From positions 41,519-105,518 of the forward strand of contig JAAZKV010000018.1 in NCBI GenBank assembly GCA_012799645.1: a stretch of 64,000 nt of DNA, read 5' to 3'. The translations under genes and the position numbers were made by a program. The notes below the pieces were generated by a model. It saw only the letters and a program-made list of their open reading frames with translations, was not told the origin of the DNA and made no database searches. Of the stretch, positions 10,779 through 21,880 are shown one piece after another. The DNA is from Candidatus Iainarchaeum sp. Lineage in GTDB: Archaea > Iainarchaeota > Iainarchaeia > Iainarchaeales > JAAZKV01. The stretch's first letter is position 1. Each line of letters starts with the position of its first letter.

Positions 10779-11987
10779 ATGGAAAATATTTTTGAAAAAC
10801 AATTGCTTAAGGGAAGCGTGTTTTCTAATAAGGATATTATTTCTCCACACTATGTTCCTGATAAACTTCCTTTTAGGGAAAAACAAATTGAATCAATTAC
10901 GCACTCACTTAGTCCTGTATTGAGTAATTCTAAACCCAATAATTTGTTTGTTTATGGTAAAACAGGGAGTGGGAAAACTTCTACTGTTAAACATGTTCTT
11001 GAACAACTTGATGAGTTTGTTAAAAAAAGAGAAATGAATGTTGTTTCTTGTTATATTAATTGTAGGAGTCATTCTTCAAAATATAAAGTTTTACTCAAAG
11101 CGCTCAGATCTCTTTTTCCTGATAAAGAATTTTTGGGTTATAGTGCTTCTTTTGTTTACGAAAAAACTCTTGAGTATTGTAATCAAAAAAAATCACACTT
11201 GATTTTGGTTCTTGATGAACTTGACAAGGTTAAAGATATTGATGATTTGGTTTATTCATTAAGTAGAGGGAATGATGAACTCGAAAGCGGTTCAATCACA
11301 ATAATTGGTATTTCAAATAATTTAATGTTTAAAGAAAAACTTGATCCGCGCACTCGCAGTTCTTTGTGTGAGAGGGAAATGGTTTTTGATCCTTACAATG
11401 CTACTGAACTTAAAGAAATTCTTGTAGAGAGATCAAAAGTTGCTTTCAAAGAAGGGTGCGTTTCTGATTCTGCTATTTCTCTTGCTGCCGCGTTTGCTGC
11501 TCAAGAATCAGGTGATGCGAGAACAGCAGTAATGCTTCTTCAACGAGCAGGAGAAATTGCTGATATTGAACAAAAAACTATTGTTACTGATAATGAAGTA
11601 ACAAAAGCCAAAGCGAGTGTGGAAGAGGAAATAATTTTATCAATGGTTTCAACTCTCCCAATGCAACAACAATTAGTGCTTTATGCTATTTCGCAAATGA
11701 CTCTTCAAAAAAAAGGATTGAAAAAAGTTACAGGGGAAGTGGAAGAGGGAGTTTTGTTCAGTGGAGAAATTTTTGAAACCTATTTAGAACTCGCAAAAAA
11801 ATTTAATGAAAGAACAATTAGTAGTAGATGGTATCGTCAATATATTAACGAGCTTGAAATGTATGGGTTGATTCTTGTAACAAATTCAGGAAAAGGAATT
11901 AAAGGACAAACAAGACTAATCAAACTTGGTTTTGATGCGAACAAAATAAAAATTGCTCTTGAAAAAGAATTATTTAAAAAAGAATAA
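10779..11987 (+). CDS. cdc6: Orc1/Cdc6 replication initiator
   Basis: YVPDKLPFRE, Walker A GKTGSGKT, Walker B LVLDELD, GDAR sensor, C-terminal wH domain. SD AGGTGAT. Confidence 0.96.
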   Translation: MENIFEKQLLKGSVFSNKDIISPHYVPDKLPFREKQIESITHSLSPVLSNSKPNNLFVYGKTGSGKTSTVKHVLEQLDEFVKKREMNVVSCYINCRSHSSKYKVLLKALRSLFPDKEFLGYSASFVYEKTLEYCNQKKSHLILVLDELDKVKDIDDLVYSLSRGNDELESGSITIIGISNNLMFKEKLDPRTRSSLCEREMVFDPYNATELKEILVERSKVAFKEGCVSDSAISLAAAFAAQESGDARTAVMLLQRAGEIADIEQKTIVTDNEVTKAKASVEEEIILSMVSTLPMQQQLVLYAISQMTLQKKGLKKVTGEVEEGVLFSGEIFETYLELAKKFNERTISSRWYRQYINELEMYGLILVTNSGKGIKGQTRLIKLGFDANKIKIALEKELFKKE

Positions 11988-12064
11988 TTCATTGATAATT
12001 AATGTATTAAAGAATAATCCAAGAATAATTCATTGACGAGTAATTATTGAAAAAAATTTTTGTT

Positions 12065-15000
12065 TTATGCGAATTCAAATAATGATTTTTGTTGCACTTG
12101 GTCACTTTTGAATACTGAGTCAATTTCTTTTTCTACCATGTCAAGTCTTTGGATTAAGTAAGGGGAAAGGTTTTCTTGTCTTGCCATGTTTTGTGCAATT
12201 TTTAAGTATTTTCTAACTGATCCTTCGTGGATTGTTAGTATTAGTGATGGTTTTCCACACTTGTAACATATTCCACTTAGTGGAATTCTTCTGTATATTT
12301 CATTACAAGTGGTACATCTGAATGTTTGTCTTGAAAATGCTCTCGCATTTCCAATAATGTCAGGCAAGAAATGGGAGAGCATTACTCTTTCAAGCGCATC
12401 TTTTGAATCAATCGCCATTATTTTTTTTTGTAAATTATTTTGTCTTTGTAATTTTTCATCCATTGTTTTTAGTTGAATGTATCGTGACATTTTTGGCCCT
12501 TCGTCAAATATTTCTGTTTCGTGTGTGTATCCAAGTCCGGAGTATTGTTCTTTTTTTTCTAAAATATCTTTTATTAATTTTATTTCTTTTATGTCAGGTT
12601 CGCAAATTTTTTGTGATCTTTCGTATAATTCAAGCGGGTAACTCCACACACTTTCCATTTTGTGTACTTCATCATCAACTTCTGCAGGGTTGATTATTAT
12701 TGTGGCAACTAGTGGTGCATCCATTTTTCCCCCACTTCTATTTGCTAAAAATTTTTGTGAGAAATTCAATAATCCATCCATTAACAAAATTACAGAGTCC
12801 TGATCTCCATCAACATTTCTTCTTTTTGCACAAACAAAATATGGGTGTCCAAACCCTAACCTTGCTTTTGTGTATCCTATTACTCTTGCTACTACTGAAG
12901 CAGAGGTGTGGGGGGCGAGTCCTAAAACTATTTCTCCAATTAAATCTTCTTTGGTTTTTGCGTTATAAAATCTTTCAACCCCATAGTATTTTTCTAATAA
13001 ATCATCAACGAATTTGCTTACTTGTAGCATCCAATCCCCGCAAGTGTCATTTACTATAATGTCTTGTGGAAATATTTCTATTATTTGATCCTCCTTTTCT
13101 ATTGGTTTTCCAAAAATGTCTTTTTCATAACCGAGTTCTTTTACTTTTTCTATTGTCAGATTTATTTCTTTTGGTTTGAAGTGAGTGATTGTAGCATTTA
13201 GTAATTCAAATCTGCTTGTTCCATCTCTAAAAATATGCACATCGTGTTTTGCTCTTAGGATTCCTTTTTCTAGCGGTTCAATTTCTTTCGCGTCCGAAAT
13301 CATTCCTTTTACTCCTTTAATTAAATCAGGTAATGGTTCTCGTAAATTTGTTTTTGCTTTTTCTAGTTCTGTTCTTAAATTAAATTCGTGTTCTCCTGAT
13401 TGGATTGTTGTGTTTCCACACGAAGGGCATTGTTCAGCTAGCACACTTTTTTTGCATTCCCAACAATATTTCATTATTTTTGTTCTAACTTTACACTCAC
13501 TACAATATGCGTGGAAAGATTTTTTTTTGCATTTTGGACAAACATACTCTGCGAGTTCTACTGTTACATTTCCTGATTCATTATTGTAAGGATCTGTTGC
13601 TTTGATTATGCTCCTGGTGCTTCCTCCTTTTAGTCCAATTGGGTAAAGTACGTGCGGGTTTCCAATCATTTTTCTTGGTTTTGCTTGTTCAGGTCTACCC
13701 ATTCTTCCCCCAACAAACGAACCTGCTTTATCTTTAATTACTAAGCCGGAAATTTCTGACAAATATTCTAATACATTTGTTTTTTCACTCTCTGTTTCTT
13801 TTTTTTCAAGAGCAAATGTTTCAATTATTGACAAAGCAAATTCATCAATTAGGATTTTTCCATTTTTTATTTTATGAGGAAGTCCAATTTTTTCAAGAAG
13901 TTTTTTTACTTCAACATTATTTTCCAAAAATAATTTTTTCTCAAAAATTTCTGTTGAATTATTTGTTTCATTTAAAGAATTTATTTTTTCATTAATTATT
14001 TCCCCTTTCAATAATTCGTTTCTTAAAAATTTTATTTCTTTTTCATTTAGTGCGCGGTAAAAATGAATGAAGTTTGGGTGGAGTGGAACAAAAAGTGTCC
14101 TAGAAATTGTGATTGCTTGTTTTTCTGTTATTTCTCTTGGGTTTTTTATTATTTTTTCAAGATCAATTTTTTCTTTTAATTGATTTTCTATTTCTTTTTC
14201 AATTATTTTTTTGTCTTTTTCTTTTAGTGCTTTTTCTAATTCTTTTTCCCACCATTCTTCACAATACCCTACTGGGATTAGTGGGTGGGATGTTTTTTTG
14301 AAATCCCCATAAGTGGTTAGTATGTCCCCTAAGTAAATTATTTTATCCACTTGTGCTTTTACATTTTCTGCTTTTTCTCTTGTATTTATTCGTTCTACTG
14401 ATCCATCTTTTAGTAATACTATTGGCCCTTCAATTGTGGTGCAGGGAAAAAATTGAGTTGCTTTTCCTGGTCTTTCCATTCTTCCGTGTGTTCCTACTGC
14501 GATGAATTCGTCAGTTAGTATCATTGTTGCTGGATTTATTGCTTTTGCCATTATCCCTGTATTTCTTCCTCTTCCATATCTTAATCTAAATCCTCCCCAA
14601 GTGCTGGGATATGCTAGGATTGGTCTTCCTGCTGCAAGTCTATCAAGGAATGCTTTTACTGGTTTTATTTCAATTTTTGATTGTGTTTTTTCTACTTTTA
14701 CTATTTTTTCTAAAAAACTCCAATCAAGTCCGAGTGATTTTGCTGTTTCCATTACCCACATTGCTTTTAGTGCAAGCCCTTCTGAAATAACTAACCCCAT
14801 CCCCCCTCTGATTCTGTTTGTTGGTATTCTTTGTAGATCTCTGTGTGCTGATACTTCTAGTAATTCTGTCGGCACCCCATTCACGCACACCGGGCACCCT
14901 CTAATTATTGTTCGTATTTCTTCATCCTTCATTGTGTATTGTCTTGAAATTACTTCTGTTTGGTATAATCCTATTTCTTCAACATATCTTTCAACTTCAT

Positions 15001-15577
15001 CTTCTGTTGGTTTATATCTGTCAAGTCCTAAATATTTTCTTGCAAAATCCCCTAAAATTAGTGGGATTACTGTTGATGATCCTCCCGCTGCACGAATTGG
15101 TCCTGCGAAGTATATGTCAATGTATTTTGATCCGTCAGGATTTCTATTTATTTCTATTTTTGGTATTCCATCAAGTGGAGCTACAACCACTCCTTCTGTT
15201 TCTATTAGTAAGCAGGCCTTGATTGCGAGTTCTACTCTTTTTTGTTCATCAGGAATACTCCGCCATTTTTGTTCTAAAATTTCTTCAAACAATTTGAAGT
15301 AAGCTTTTCTTCTATTTGGTTCTTCGCTAGAAATTTCTCTGAATCTTTGTGATAATCCTTTTAGTCCAATAATTGTTTCGGCCCTATCCGCTAAATCAAG
15401 TGCTGGAATTATTTCTACCTCTTCACTAACATCAATTCCTTTCGCTTTGGCTTTTTGTGCAACCTCGTATCCTTTTTTTGTTTTTTCTTGAATTGTTTTG
15501 AAATAATTTTTTACGTGATCTTCTGCAAGGAAAGGAACTTCTCTTTCAAGCATCAAAAGTTTTTCTTTATCATTCAT
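12065..15577 (-). CDS. polC: DNA polymerase D large subunit DP2
   Basis: YFAGPIRAAGG, GGFRLRYGR, GRMGRPE, catalytic RRNVDGDQD, Zn fingers. Confidence 0.97.
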   Translation of the reverse strand: MNDKEKLLMLEREVPFLAEDHVKNYFKTIQEKTKKGYEVAQKAKAKGIDVSEEVEIIPALDLADRAETIIGLKGLSQRFREISSEEPNRRKAYFKLFEEILEQKWRSIPDEQKRVELAIKACLLIETEGVVVAPLDGIPKIEINRNPDGSKYIDIYFAGPIRAAGGSSTVIPLILGDFARKYLGLDRYKPTEDEVERYVEEIGLYQTEVISRQYTMKDEEIRTIIRGCPVCVNGVPTELLEVSAHRDLQRIPTNRIRGGMGLVISEGLALKAMWVMETAKSLGLDWSFLEKIVKVEKTQSKIEIKPVKAFLDRLAAGRPILAYPSTWGGFRLRYGRGRNTGIMAKAINPATMILTDEFIAVGTHGRMERPGKATQFFPCTTIEGPIVLLKDGSVERINTREKAENVKAQVDKIIYLGDILTTYGDFKKTSHPLIPVGYCEEWWEKELEKALKEKDKKIIEKEIENQLKEKIDLEKIIKNPREITEKQAITISRTLFVPLHPNFIHFYRALNEKEIKFLRNELLKGEIINEKINSLNETNNSTEIFEKKLFLENNVEVKKLLEKIGLPHKIKNGKILIDEFALSIIETFALEKKETESEKTNVLEYLSEISGLVIKDKAGSFVGGRMGRPEQAKPRKMIGNPHVLYPIGLKGGSTRSIIKATDPYNNESGNVTVELAEYVCPKCKKKSFHAYCSECKVRTKIMKYCWECKKSVLAEQCPSCGNTTIQSGEHEFNLRTELEKAKTNLREPLPDLIKGVKGMISDAKEIEPLEKGILRAKHDVHIFRDGTSRFELLNATITHFKPKEINLTIEKVKELGYEKDIFGKPIEKEDQIIEIFPQDIIVNDTCGDWMLQVSKFVDDLLEKYYGVERFYNAKTKEDLIGEIVLGLAPHTSASVVARVIGYTKARLGFGHPYFVCAKRRNVDGDQDSVILLMDGLLNFSQKFLANRSGGKMDAPLVATIIINPAEVDDEVHKMESVWSYPLELYERSQKICEPDIKEIKLIKDILEKKEQYSGLGYTHETEIFDEGPKMSRYIQLKTMDEKLQRQNNLQKKIMAIDSKDALERVMLSHFLPDIIGNARAFSRQTFRCTTCNEIYRRIPLSGICYKCGKPSLILTIHEGSVRKYLKIAQNMARQENLSPYLIQRLDMVEKEIDSVFKSDQVQQKSLFEFA

Positions 15578-17141
15578 TTATTTCACGCTCAATTGCTTCT
15601 CTTAAAAATTGCACTTCGATTAAGTTTCTATTTTTTAAATTAATTATTGGGATTGCACAAGGGGTTGGAGTGTGTCCTAGTTTTTTTTGGAAATCGGTTT
15701 GTCCTTCCCAAGTACCCGTGTTAATTATTGTTGTCCCTCTATATGTTGTGTATCCATTACAATGCATATCCCCAAACCACACAATATCAGGTTCTTCTTT
15801 TATCACCATATAATCTTTTTTTTCTGGAACGTAAGGATTTTTTCCTCCATACTTTGGCATAAGATCTCTTTTTTTTAGTAACTCCACCATCCCATCTTGT
15901 GGTTTTGACATATCAAGAAAACTCACTGAACTAATAAGATCGTGAACACTCGGTCCGTGATACACCAAGTTTTTTAGTCCTTCAGTTTCTACCCAAGAGG
16001 GTGATGAAATGAAGTGAAAGTTTTTTAGTTTGCTTAATCTTGGAACAAACTCTTTATCTATTCCTGGTTGGGGTTCTGCTCTTCTAACCGCATCGTGTTG
16101 TCCCGGACAAATAAATACTTGAATATAATCAGGAACTTGTAACATAAAATCTTCAAATCGTTCATATTGTGCATAAATATCTTTTATTACTAAATCATCA
16201 AGTTGTCCTGGATAAATTCCTATCCCTGCAACATTATCCCCATTAACGAACAAGTATTGTATTTTTCCCACTCTTTCTTGTTGTTTAGGAGACAAGTTTT
16301 TTCCATTCAAGTAATCAAAAAATCCTTGTAATTGTTTTTCGTAACAAAGCTTACTCCCAATGTGTAAATCACTTATTCCGCAAGAGTAAATTTCTTCATC
16401 CAATAATTTGGCTGGTCTTATTGGTAGATCAGGCCAATAAACTTCTTTTATTATTATAAAATCATCACCAACTTTTGCTCCTTTTACTCCTACAACATTA
16501 TCTTCCAAAATTCTTTCAGCTTTTTTCATTATTTCTTTATCTCTTTCCATTACAAGCACAATGCATTTTGCTTCCATATCTTCTACTTCGTAAGCGATGT
16601 GTCCTTTTTTTGTAACCCACTTTCTATTCACTATCCCAATTATATCAACTGATTCATTTTTGGGTCTTGTTTTTAGTTCTTTTATTGGAATTGGGGCTAA
16701 GTTGTGTCTTTGTTTAAGCATTGAGGATAATAATTCAAATTTGCTCCTAAATAATCTTAAAAAATCATCAACTGTTCCACTTGACAAACTTTTTCCTGTA
16801 ACATCATATTCTTCTACCACTCTAAAATTTGGTGTTCTTTCACTTGCGAGTGCAACAAAACTTTTTTTCACCACTTCAACTTTTTCAGGAACAACTTGTG
16901 CGAGTTTTGTTCTTGCAAGTTTTTTTTCAAGAGCAAGTGGTTCAATTAGAAATGTTCCTTCCGCACTGAACTCTTCTAGTATTTCTTTCCAATTATCTTC
17001 TTTTGAGATTAGTTCAATTGATTCTTTTGATAAAATTAGTCCGAGGTTTTCTGCACAAGTAAGCACCTCTTGAGTTCTTGTTATATCTTTAAGCAAAAAA
17101 ATCTTCCTTGCAAAAAAATAGTAATTTTTTTTCAAATGCAA
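15570..17141 (-). CDS. polB: DNA polymerase D small subunit DP1 (true start possibly TTG at 17096)
   Basis: OB fold plus phosphoesterase motifs SDLHIGS, GIYPGQ, PGQHDA, AEPQP, QTDFQ. Overlaps the DP2 start. Confidence 0.95.
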   Translation of the reverse strand: MHLKKNYYFFARKIFLLKDITRTQEVLTCAENLGLILSKESIELISKEDNWKEILEEFSAEGTFLIEPLALEKKLARTKLAQVVPEKVEVVKKSFVALASERTPNFRVVEEYDVTGKSLSSGTVDDFLRLFRSKFELLSSMLKQRHNLAPIPIKELKTRPKNESVDIIGIVNRKWVTKKGHIAYEVEDMEAKCIVLVMERDKEIMKKAERILEDNVVGVKGAKVGDDFIIIKEVYWPDLPIRPAKLLDEEIYSCGISDLHIGSKLCYEKQLQGFFDYLNGKNLSPKQQERVGKIQYLFVNGDNVAGIGIYPGQLDDLVIKDIYAQYERFEDFMLQVPDYIQVFICPGQHDAVRRAEPQPGIDKEFVPRLSKLKNFHFISSPSWVETEGLKNLVYHGPSVHDLISSVSFLDMSKPQDGMVELLKKRDLMPKYGGKNPYVPEKKDYMVIKEEPDIVWFGDMHCNGYTTYRGTTIINTGTWEGQTDFQKKLGHTPTPCAIPIINLKNRNLIEVQFLREAIEREINE

Positions 17142-17168
17142 TTAGTTAAAGCACAAGTTGGTTTGTTT

Positions 17169-17420
17169 TTATTTTTGTTTTTCTTTCACTGATTCTATCA
17201 TTGAGATTGATTGCCAAATATCTGTTCTTGTGTGATCAGGCATATTAATGTCTGAACTTATATCATCAAGCAGATAAATCGCTTCGCTCAAAGTAGTCAC
17301 TGTGTTTTCTTTTACTTTAGCGAGTGCTTCTTCAACTTTAGCTCTGATGTTTCTTGGAACTACTCTATCATTGAGAATACTTTCAAGTAAATCAATAATA
17401 TCTTCATTCATTTTGAACAC
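17169..17420 (-). CDS. UPF0147 family protein
   Basis: DRVVPRNIR...DINMPDHTRTDIW signature. Confidence 0.9.
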   Translation of the reverse strand: MFKMNEDIIDLLESILNDRVVPRNIRAKVEEALAKVKENTVTTLSEAIYLLDDISSDINMPDHTRTDIWQSISMIESVKEKQK

Positions 17421-17734
17421 CTTGCATCGAAAAAATACATTACTATCCGAATGCTAAAAGAAATTAACACACAAATCCTTTTAAATAAAACTTCTATTTA
17501 AACAAACTCCTATAAATAAAACTCCGATAAATAAAACTTCTAAAATTGGTTTTTTGACATTATTAAATTTTTATCAAATAGTTCATTAGGTTTTGTTTTT
17601 TTGGTTTTTAGAAATTTTAGCGATTTGAATTTTTTATGGTTTTAAGTTTTTTTTATTTTTGAATTTTTTGATTTTTAGATTTTTTGATTTTTAGATTTTT
17701 TGCATTTTAAAATTTTTTCGCGTTTTTAATTATT

Positions 17735-18715
17735 TTATCGATTAGGAGTTTTTTGTGAAAGTTCTTCTTTTAAATTATTTAATCCTTTTCCTTCCAGAAT
17801 TATTTTTTGTCCAACAAAAGAATTTTTTGCATCCTCTATTTGTTCGTTTGTAGCTAAATCATTTTTTGTTATTACTACCCAAATTGGTTTATCTGAAAAT
17901 AGTTTTTTTATTTCATTGAATAAATTAATTTGGGATTTGAGGTTTGATATTGGATCAACTACGAAAATAATTGTTCCTTTCAAATACTGAAATGCTGCGA
18001 TCGCTTTTAACTCGATTTTGTTTCTTTCCTTAATTGGTCTGTCAAGTAATCCAGGAGTATCAATTACTTGTATTTGTAAAAATCTTTTCGTAAAATACCC
18101 TACATTGAGTCCTTTTGTAGTAAAAGGGTAAGGAGCGATTTTTGGTTTTGATTCAGTGATTTTATTCATTAGAGTGCTTTTTCCTGCATTTGGAAACCCT
18201 GCTAAAATATAACACTCTTGAGTAGTATCAATTTTTGGTAATTCTCTTAATTTTTTTGTAGCATCATTATAAACTTCAATTGGTTCATTCAATTTTTTCA
18301 TTATTGAAGATAATCTGCCCAAAAATGTTTTTGAAACATTCAACCCTTTTTTTTCTCCACCATAAACATATTTCATTTCTTTAAGTTCAATTATGGTATT
18401 TCTTCTCAAATTTTTTATTATTTTTGCGCTTGAAAAAATTAGTGCAAGTGATTTTCTTGTTTTATCAACATCAATAATGCACTCGTATAATTCTCGATTA
18501 AAAGGATCAAGTTCTTCAATGTTTGGAAAACTTGTAACCGCTTTTTCTAATTTTTCAACAATGTATTCAGAAACTATGTCAATCCTCCCAATCTCTTTTC
18601 CTTTTATTGTATAAAATAATGTTTTCTGTTTAGGGTAAAACGCTGCTTCTTTTCTTCCTTTTGATAAAGCAATTTCAAGCAATTTCTCTGGTTTTTCTAT
18701 CAAATACAAATTCAT
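17735..18715 (-). CDS. NOG1-family GTPase (ribosome biogenesis)
   Basis: GFPNAGKS, APYPFTTKG, DTPGLLDRP, TKND. Confidence 0.9.
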   Translation of the reverse strand: MNLYLIEKPEKLLEIALSKGRKEAAFYPKQKTLFYTIKGKEIGRIDIVSEYIVEKLEKAVTSFPNIEELDPFNRELYECIIDVDKTRKSLALIFSSAKIIKNLRRNTIIELKEMKYVYGGEKKGLNVSKTFLGRLSSIMKKLNEPIEVYNDATKKLRELPKIDTTQECYILAGFPNAGKSTLMNKITESKPKIAPYPFTTKGLNVGYFTKRFLQIQVIDTPGLLDRPIKERNKIELKAIAAFQYLKGTIIFVVDPISNLKSQINLFNEIKKLFSDKPIWVVITKNDLATNEQIEDAKNSFVGQKIILEGKGLNNLKEELSQKTPNR

Positions 18716-19077
18716 ACTAACTCAACCCTTAACCCAACTCTTTAATATCTTTATAATTTTTTCAATTTTTTCAATTTTTTTAATTTATTTATTTTCTTAA
18801 TATTTTAATTTCTCTTCAATTTTTTTTAATTTGCTTTAACCTCTATTCAATTTCTTTTTAATTTCTCTTTAATTTCTCTTTAATTTTTTGTTTTTTTTTA
18901 ATAAAGTTTTTTGTGAATAATTATTTTTTAACAAATCAATTTTTTTTAATTTTTTCCAAAAAATCAACTATTTTTTGGTCAATACACAACATATTTAAGG
19001 TTAAGTGGTTTTTTAATATGTACTAAAAATGAAACAAAAACGAAATTGTTAATTTAACCCTTTTAATAACGGAAAAG

Positions 19078-20133
19078 TTGGTTTTTATGAAGGACTTATA
19101 CACTGGAAAATACAAAATGTATATGATTATTCCAATTTTAGTGCTAATATTTTCTTTATTTTTTGCTTTTGTTTACCCTGGATTAAAACTGGGAATTGAA
19201 TTAACCGGAGGAAATGTTTTAATTGTCAGATCAAGTACTGAACTTGATGCTATAACTATAGAGAATTTATTAAAATCGGAATTTGATTTAACCCAAGTGA
19301 GTGTATCAACAATTAATTCAGCGAATAGTATGGGTGCTTATATTGAGTATAGCAAAGACCCTAAATTAATTCAAGCCGAAGAATTAATTAATTCAGCCCA
19401 AATTGCTATTGATGAAGAAAGGGATAATGAAGCAATTGGTTTGTCTATTCAATCAATAAAATTACTTTCCGGAAAAGATGAATCTTTTACTAACCCAAAA
19501 GTAGCATTAGCTGCTGCTCAAGATGAATTGCTTTCTGCTAACGAAAATTTTTTGGACAAAATGAAATCAGCAATAGTGAATAAATTTAATTTAGGAGAGG
19601 ATGTGGAGTTTCAAATAAGAGAAATTTCTCCAACATTTGGTGAAGCATCACTAGTGTCAGGAGCATACATTGCAATACTTGCACTTGTTTTGATCACCAT
19701 AGTAATTTTTATTTCATTTAGACAAATAATTCCAACTGTGGGAATTGTTCAAGCAATGATATTTGATGTAATTGTTGCTCTTGCAGCAATGGCTTTACTT
19801 GGCATCCCAATTTCTCTAATAACTATTTCAGCACTATTAATGATTTTGGGATACTCTGTTGATTCGAACATTATGTTAACTTCAAGAGTATTAAAAGACA
19901 AAACAGGGGTTGCTGGAGAAAAAGCAACTAGATCTCTAAAAACTGGTTTAACTATGACAGGAACAACTATCTCCGCACTGGTAGTGATGATAGTTATTTC
20001 ACACTTTTACCAGATTGAAGTAATGTTACAAATTGGAATAGTTTTGTTATTCGGATTACTTGGTGATTTGGTTTCAACTTGGATCACTAATGTTGGATTA
20101 CTAATATGGTTTGTAGAGGAGCGAAAAAAATGA
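19078..20133 (+). CDS. secF: Protein translocase subunit SecF
   Basis: LGIELTGG, ALLMILGYSVDSNIMLTSRVLK, TGLTMTGTT. Confidence 0.93.
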   Translation: MVFMKDLYTGKYKMYMIIPILVLIFSLFFAFVYPGLKLGIELTGGNVLIVRSSTELDAITIENLLKSEFDLTQVSVSTINSANSMGAYIEYSKDPKLIQAEELINSAQIAIDEERDNEAIGLSIQSIKLLSGKDESFTNPKVALAAAQDELLSANENFLDKMKSAIVNKFNLGEDVEFQIREISPTFGEASLVSGAYIAILALVLITIVIFISFRQIIPTVGIVQAMIFDVIVALAAMALLGIPISLITISALLMILGYSVDSNIMLTSRVLKDKTGVAGEKATRSLKTGLTMTGTTISALVVMIVISHFYQIEVMLQIGIVLLFGLLGDLVSTWITNVGLLIWFVEERKK

Positions 20134-21758
20134 ATCCATTATTTAAGCATTGGAGATTTTTACTTGTAGGGTTTTTTCTAGCCATATCCATTGGTTCATT
20201 ATTATTTATTGGTGTTACTTTCGGAATTGATTTTAAAGGAGGAACACTTTACCAAATAGAACTTCAAAAAGAAGTTACTCCCACTGAAATTGCTAGAATA
20301 GCTAATATTATTCAACAAAGAATTGATCCTGGTAAATTAAGAGGAGATATTCTTTCACCAGTTGGTGGAAAATACATTATGATTCAAACCGCAGAAACCA
20401 ATCCAACAGAACTAGAAAAAATTGAGTCAAGAATAAGACAACAAGGAAAATTTGAAGCAACCCTGAATGGAGAATTATTATTTACTGGAGATGAAATTAA
20501 ACGAATTTCAAGAAAAGATGGGTATGGTGTTGCAAAAAATGGAAATGTTTATGGGTGGAATTTGCCTTTTGTACTAAATGATGAAGCTGCAAAAAGATTT
20601 GCACAAATGACTTTCCACGAGTGCACAGCAATTTCATTTTCCCCCCAAGGAAAACCGATTTATGATTGTGAAAGAACAATGTTCTTTTTAGATAGACCTA
20701 ATGCACTAATTGTACTAACAGAAGAACAATACGATTTTGACGAACAAGAATTATTATTAGGAAACACTTTCTTAAACATTCCACAAGGAACAAGCATTGA
20801 TGAAGTTATTGAGGATTCAAGAAACGCAATAATTATTTACGAAAATGGAATGGATTTTAATTCAATTTATTTATCAGAAGTGCTCAAATCAACTGATCAA
20901 GCAATTGTTTCCCCTGATTTGAGTGAAAAAGCCATAAATGATCTTAATGCTGCAGGATTTGTTGTTACAAAAACAAAAAGCGCGGAAGGATCTCCTTGGC
21001 TTTGGGACATTTTGAATGCAAAACAAATAATTAGATTGAGTGAAGGAATAACTAACGAGGATGTGGCTGATCCATCACAAGCAAAAATATTTACTCAACT
21101 CAATATTAGTGGATCAAGAGAAAGTGCAGAAGTCGCTTTCCAAGATTTAGAAGAACTCGCAATATTACTTGAATCAGGCTCACTACCAACTCCTGTAAAA
21201 AGTATTTCAAAAGAAACAATTTCTCCAACACTTGGAACTTCATTTGTTTCAAACATTATTATGATGGGAATAATTGCGCTTATTCTTGTTGCTTCAATAA
21301 TTATTATCAGATACAAAACACCTCTTTTGGCTGTGCCAATAATCATAACATTAATTTCGGAAACAATAATGATGCTAGGAATTTTAGCTTTACTAAAACA
21401 ACCACTTGATTTAGCAGCATTTGCTGGAATAATTGCAGCAATCGGAACAAGTGTTGATTCTGAAATTGTTATAGTTGATGAAATGATTGGAAAAGCTAGA
21501 AAAGAGCACTTATCACTTTTACAAAAAATAAAAGAAGGGCTCTTCATAATTACAACATCAGCACTAACAATGCTTGCTGTTATGATGCCAATAATTCTTT
21601 TATCACCAAACATGCCAGGGATTAGTAATTTGTATGGATTTGCATTTGTAGCAATTCTTGGATCACTAATTGGAGTACTAATTACAAGGCCAGCATTTAC
21701 AAAAGTAATTGAAATGATTTCTGACAAAGTTGAAAAAGACAAAGCAAAAACTGTTTGA
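20130..21758 (+). CDS. secD: Protein translocase subunit SecD
   Basis: GIDFKGG, LESGSLP, ISPTLG, LDLAAFAGIIAAIGTSVD, ITRPAF. ATG overlaps the secF stop. Confidence 0.93.
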   Translation: MNPLFKHWRFLLVGFFLAISIGSLLFIGVTFGIDFKGGTLYQIELQKEVTPTEIARIANIIQQRIDPGKLRGDILSPVGGKYIMIQTAETNPTELEKIESRIRQQGKFEATLNGELLFTGDEIKRISRKDGYGVAKNGNVYGWNLPFVLNDEAAKRFAQMTFHECTAISFSPQGKPIYDCERTMFFLDRPNALIVLTEEQYDFDEQELLLGNTFLNIPQGTSIDEVIEDSRNAIIIYENGMDFNSIYLSEVLKSTDQAIVSPDLSEKAINDLNAAGFVVTKTKSAEGSPWLWDILNAKQIIRLSEGITNEDVADPSQAKIFTQLNISGSRESAEVAFQDLEELAILLESGSLPTPVKSISKETISPTLGTSFVSNIIMMGIIALILVASIIIIRYKTPLLAVPIIITLISETIMMLGILALLKQPLDLAAFAGIIAAIGTSVDSEIVIVDEMIGKARKEHLSLLQKIKEGLFIITTSALTMLAVMMPIILLSPNMPGISNLYGFAFVAILGSLIGVLITRPAFTKVIEMISDKVEKDKAKTV

Positions 21759-21880
21759 AATAATCACTAAATAAACCCCAACAACCACAAATATCAAAAA
21801 GAAAAATTATGCTGCCAAGCATAACTGTATTCTAAAAAATGTATTCCAAAAATAGAAACATTATTTTACACTAATTTTTA

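Noticed and set aside
12065-15577. Intein in DP2
   Set aside because: 1170 aa is ordinary for intein-free DP2, and no splice-junction or LAGLIDADG motifs were seen.
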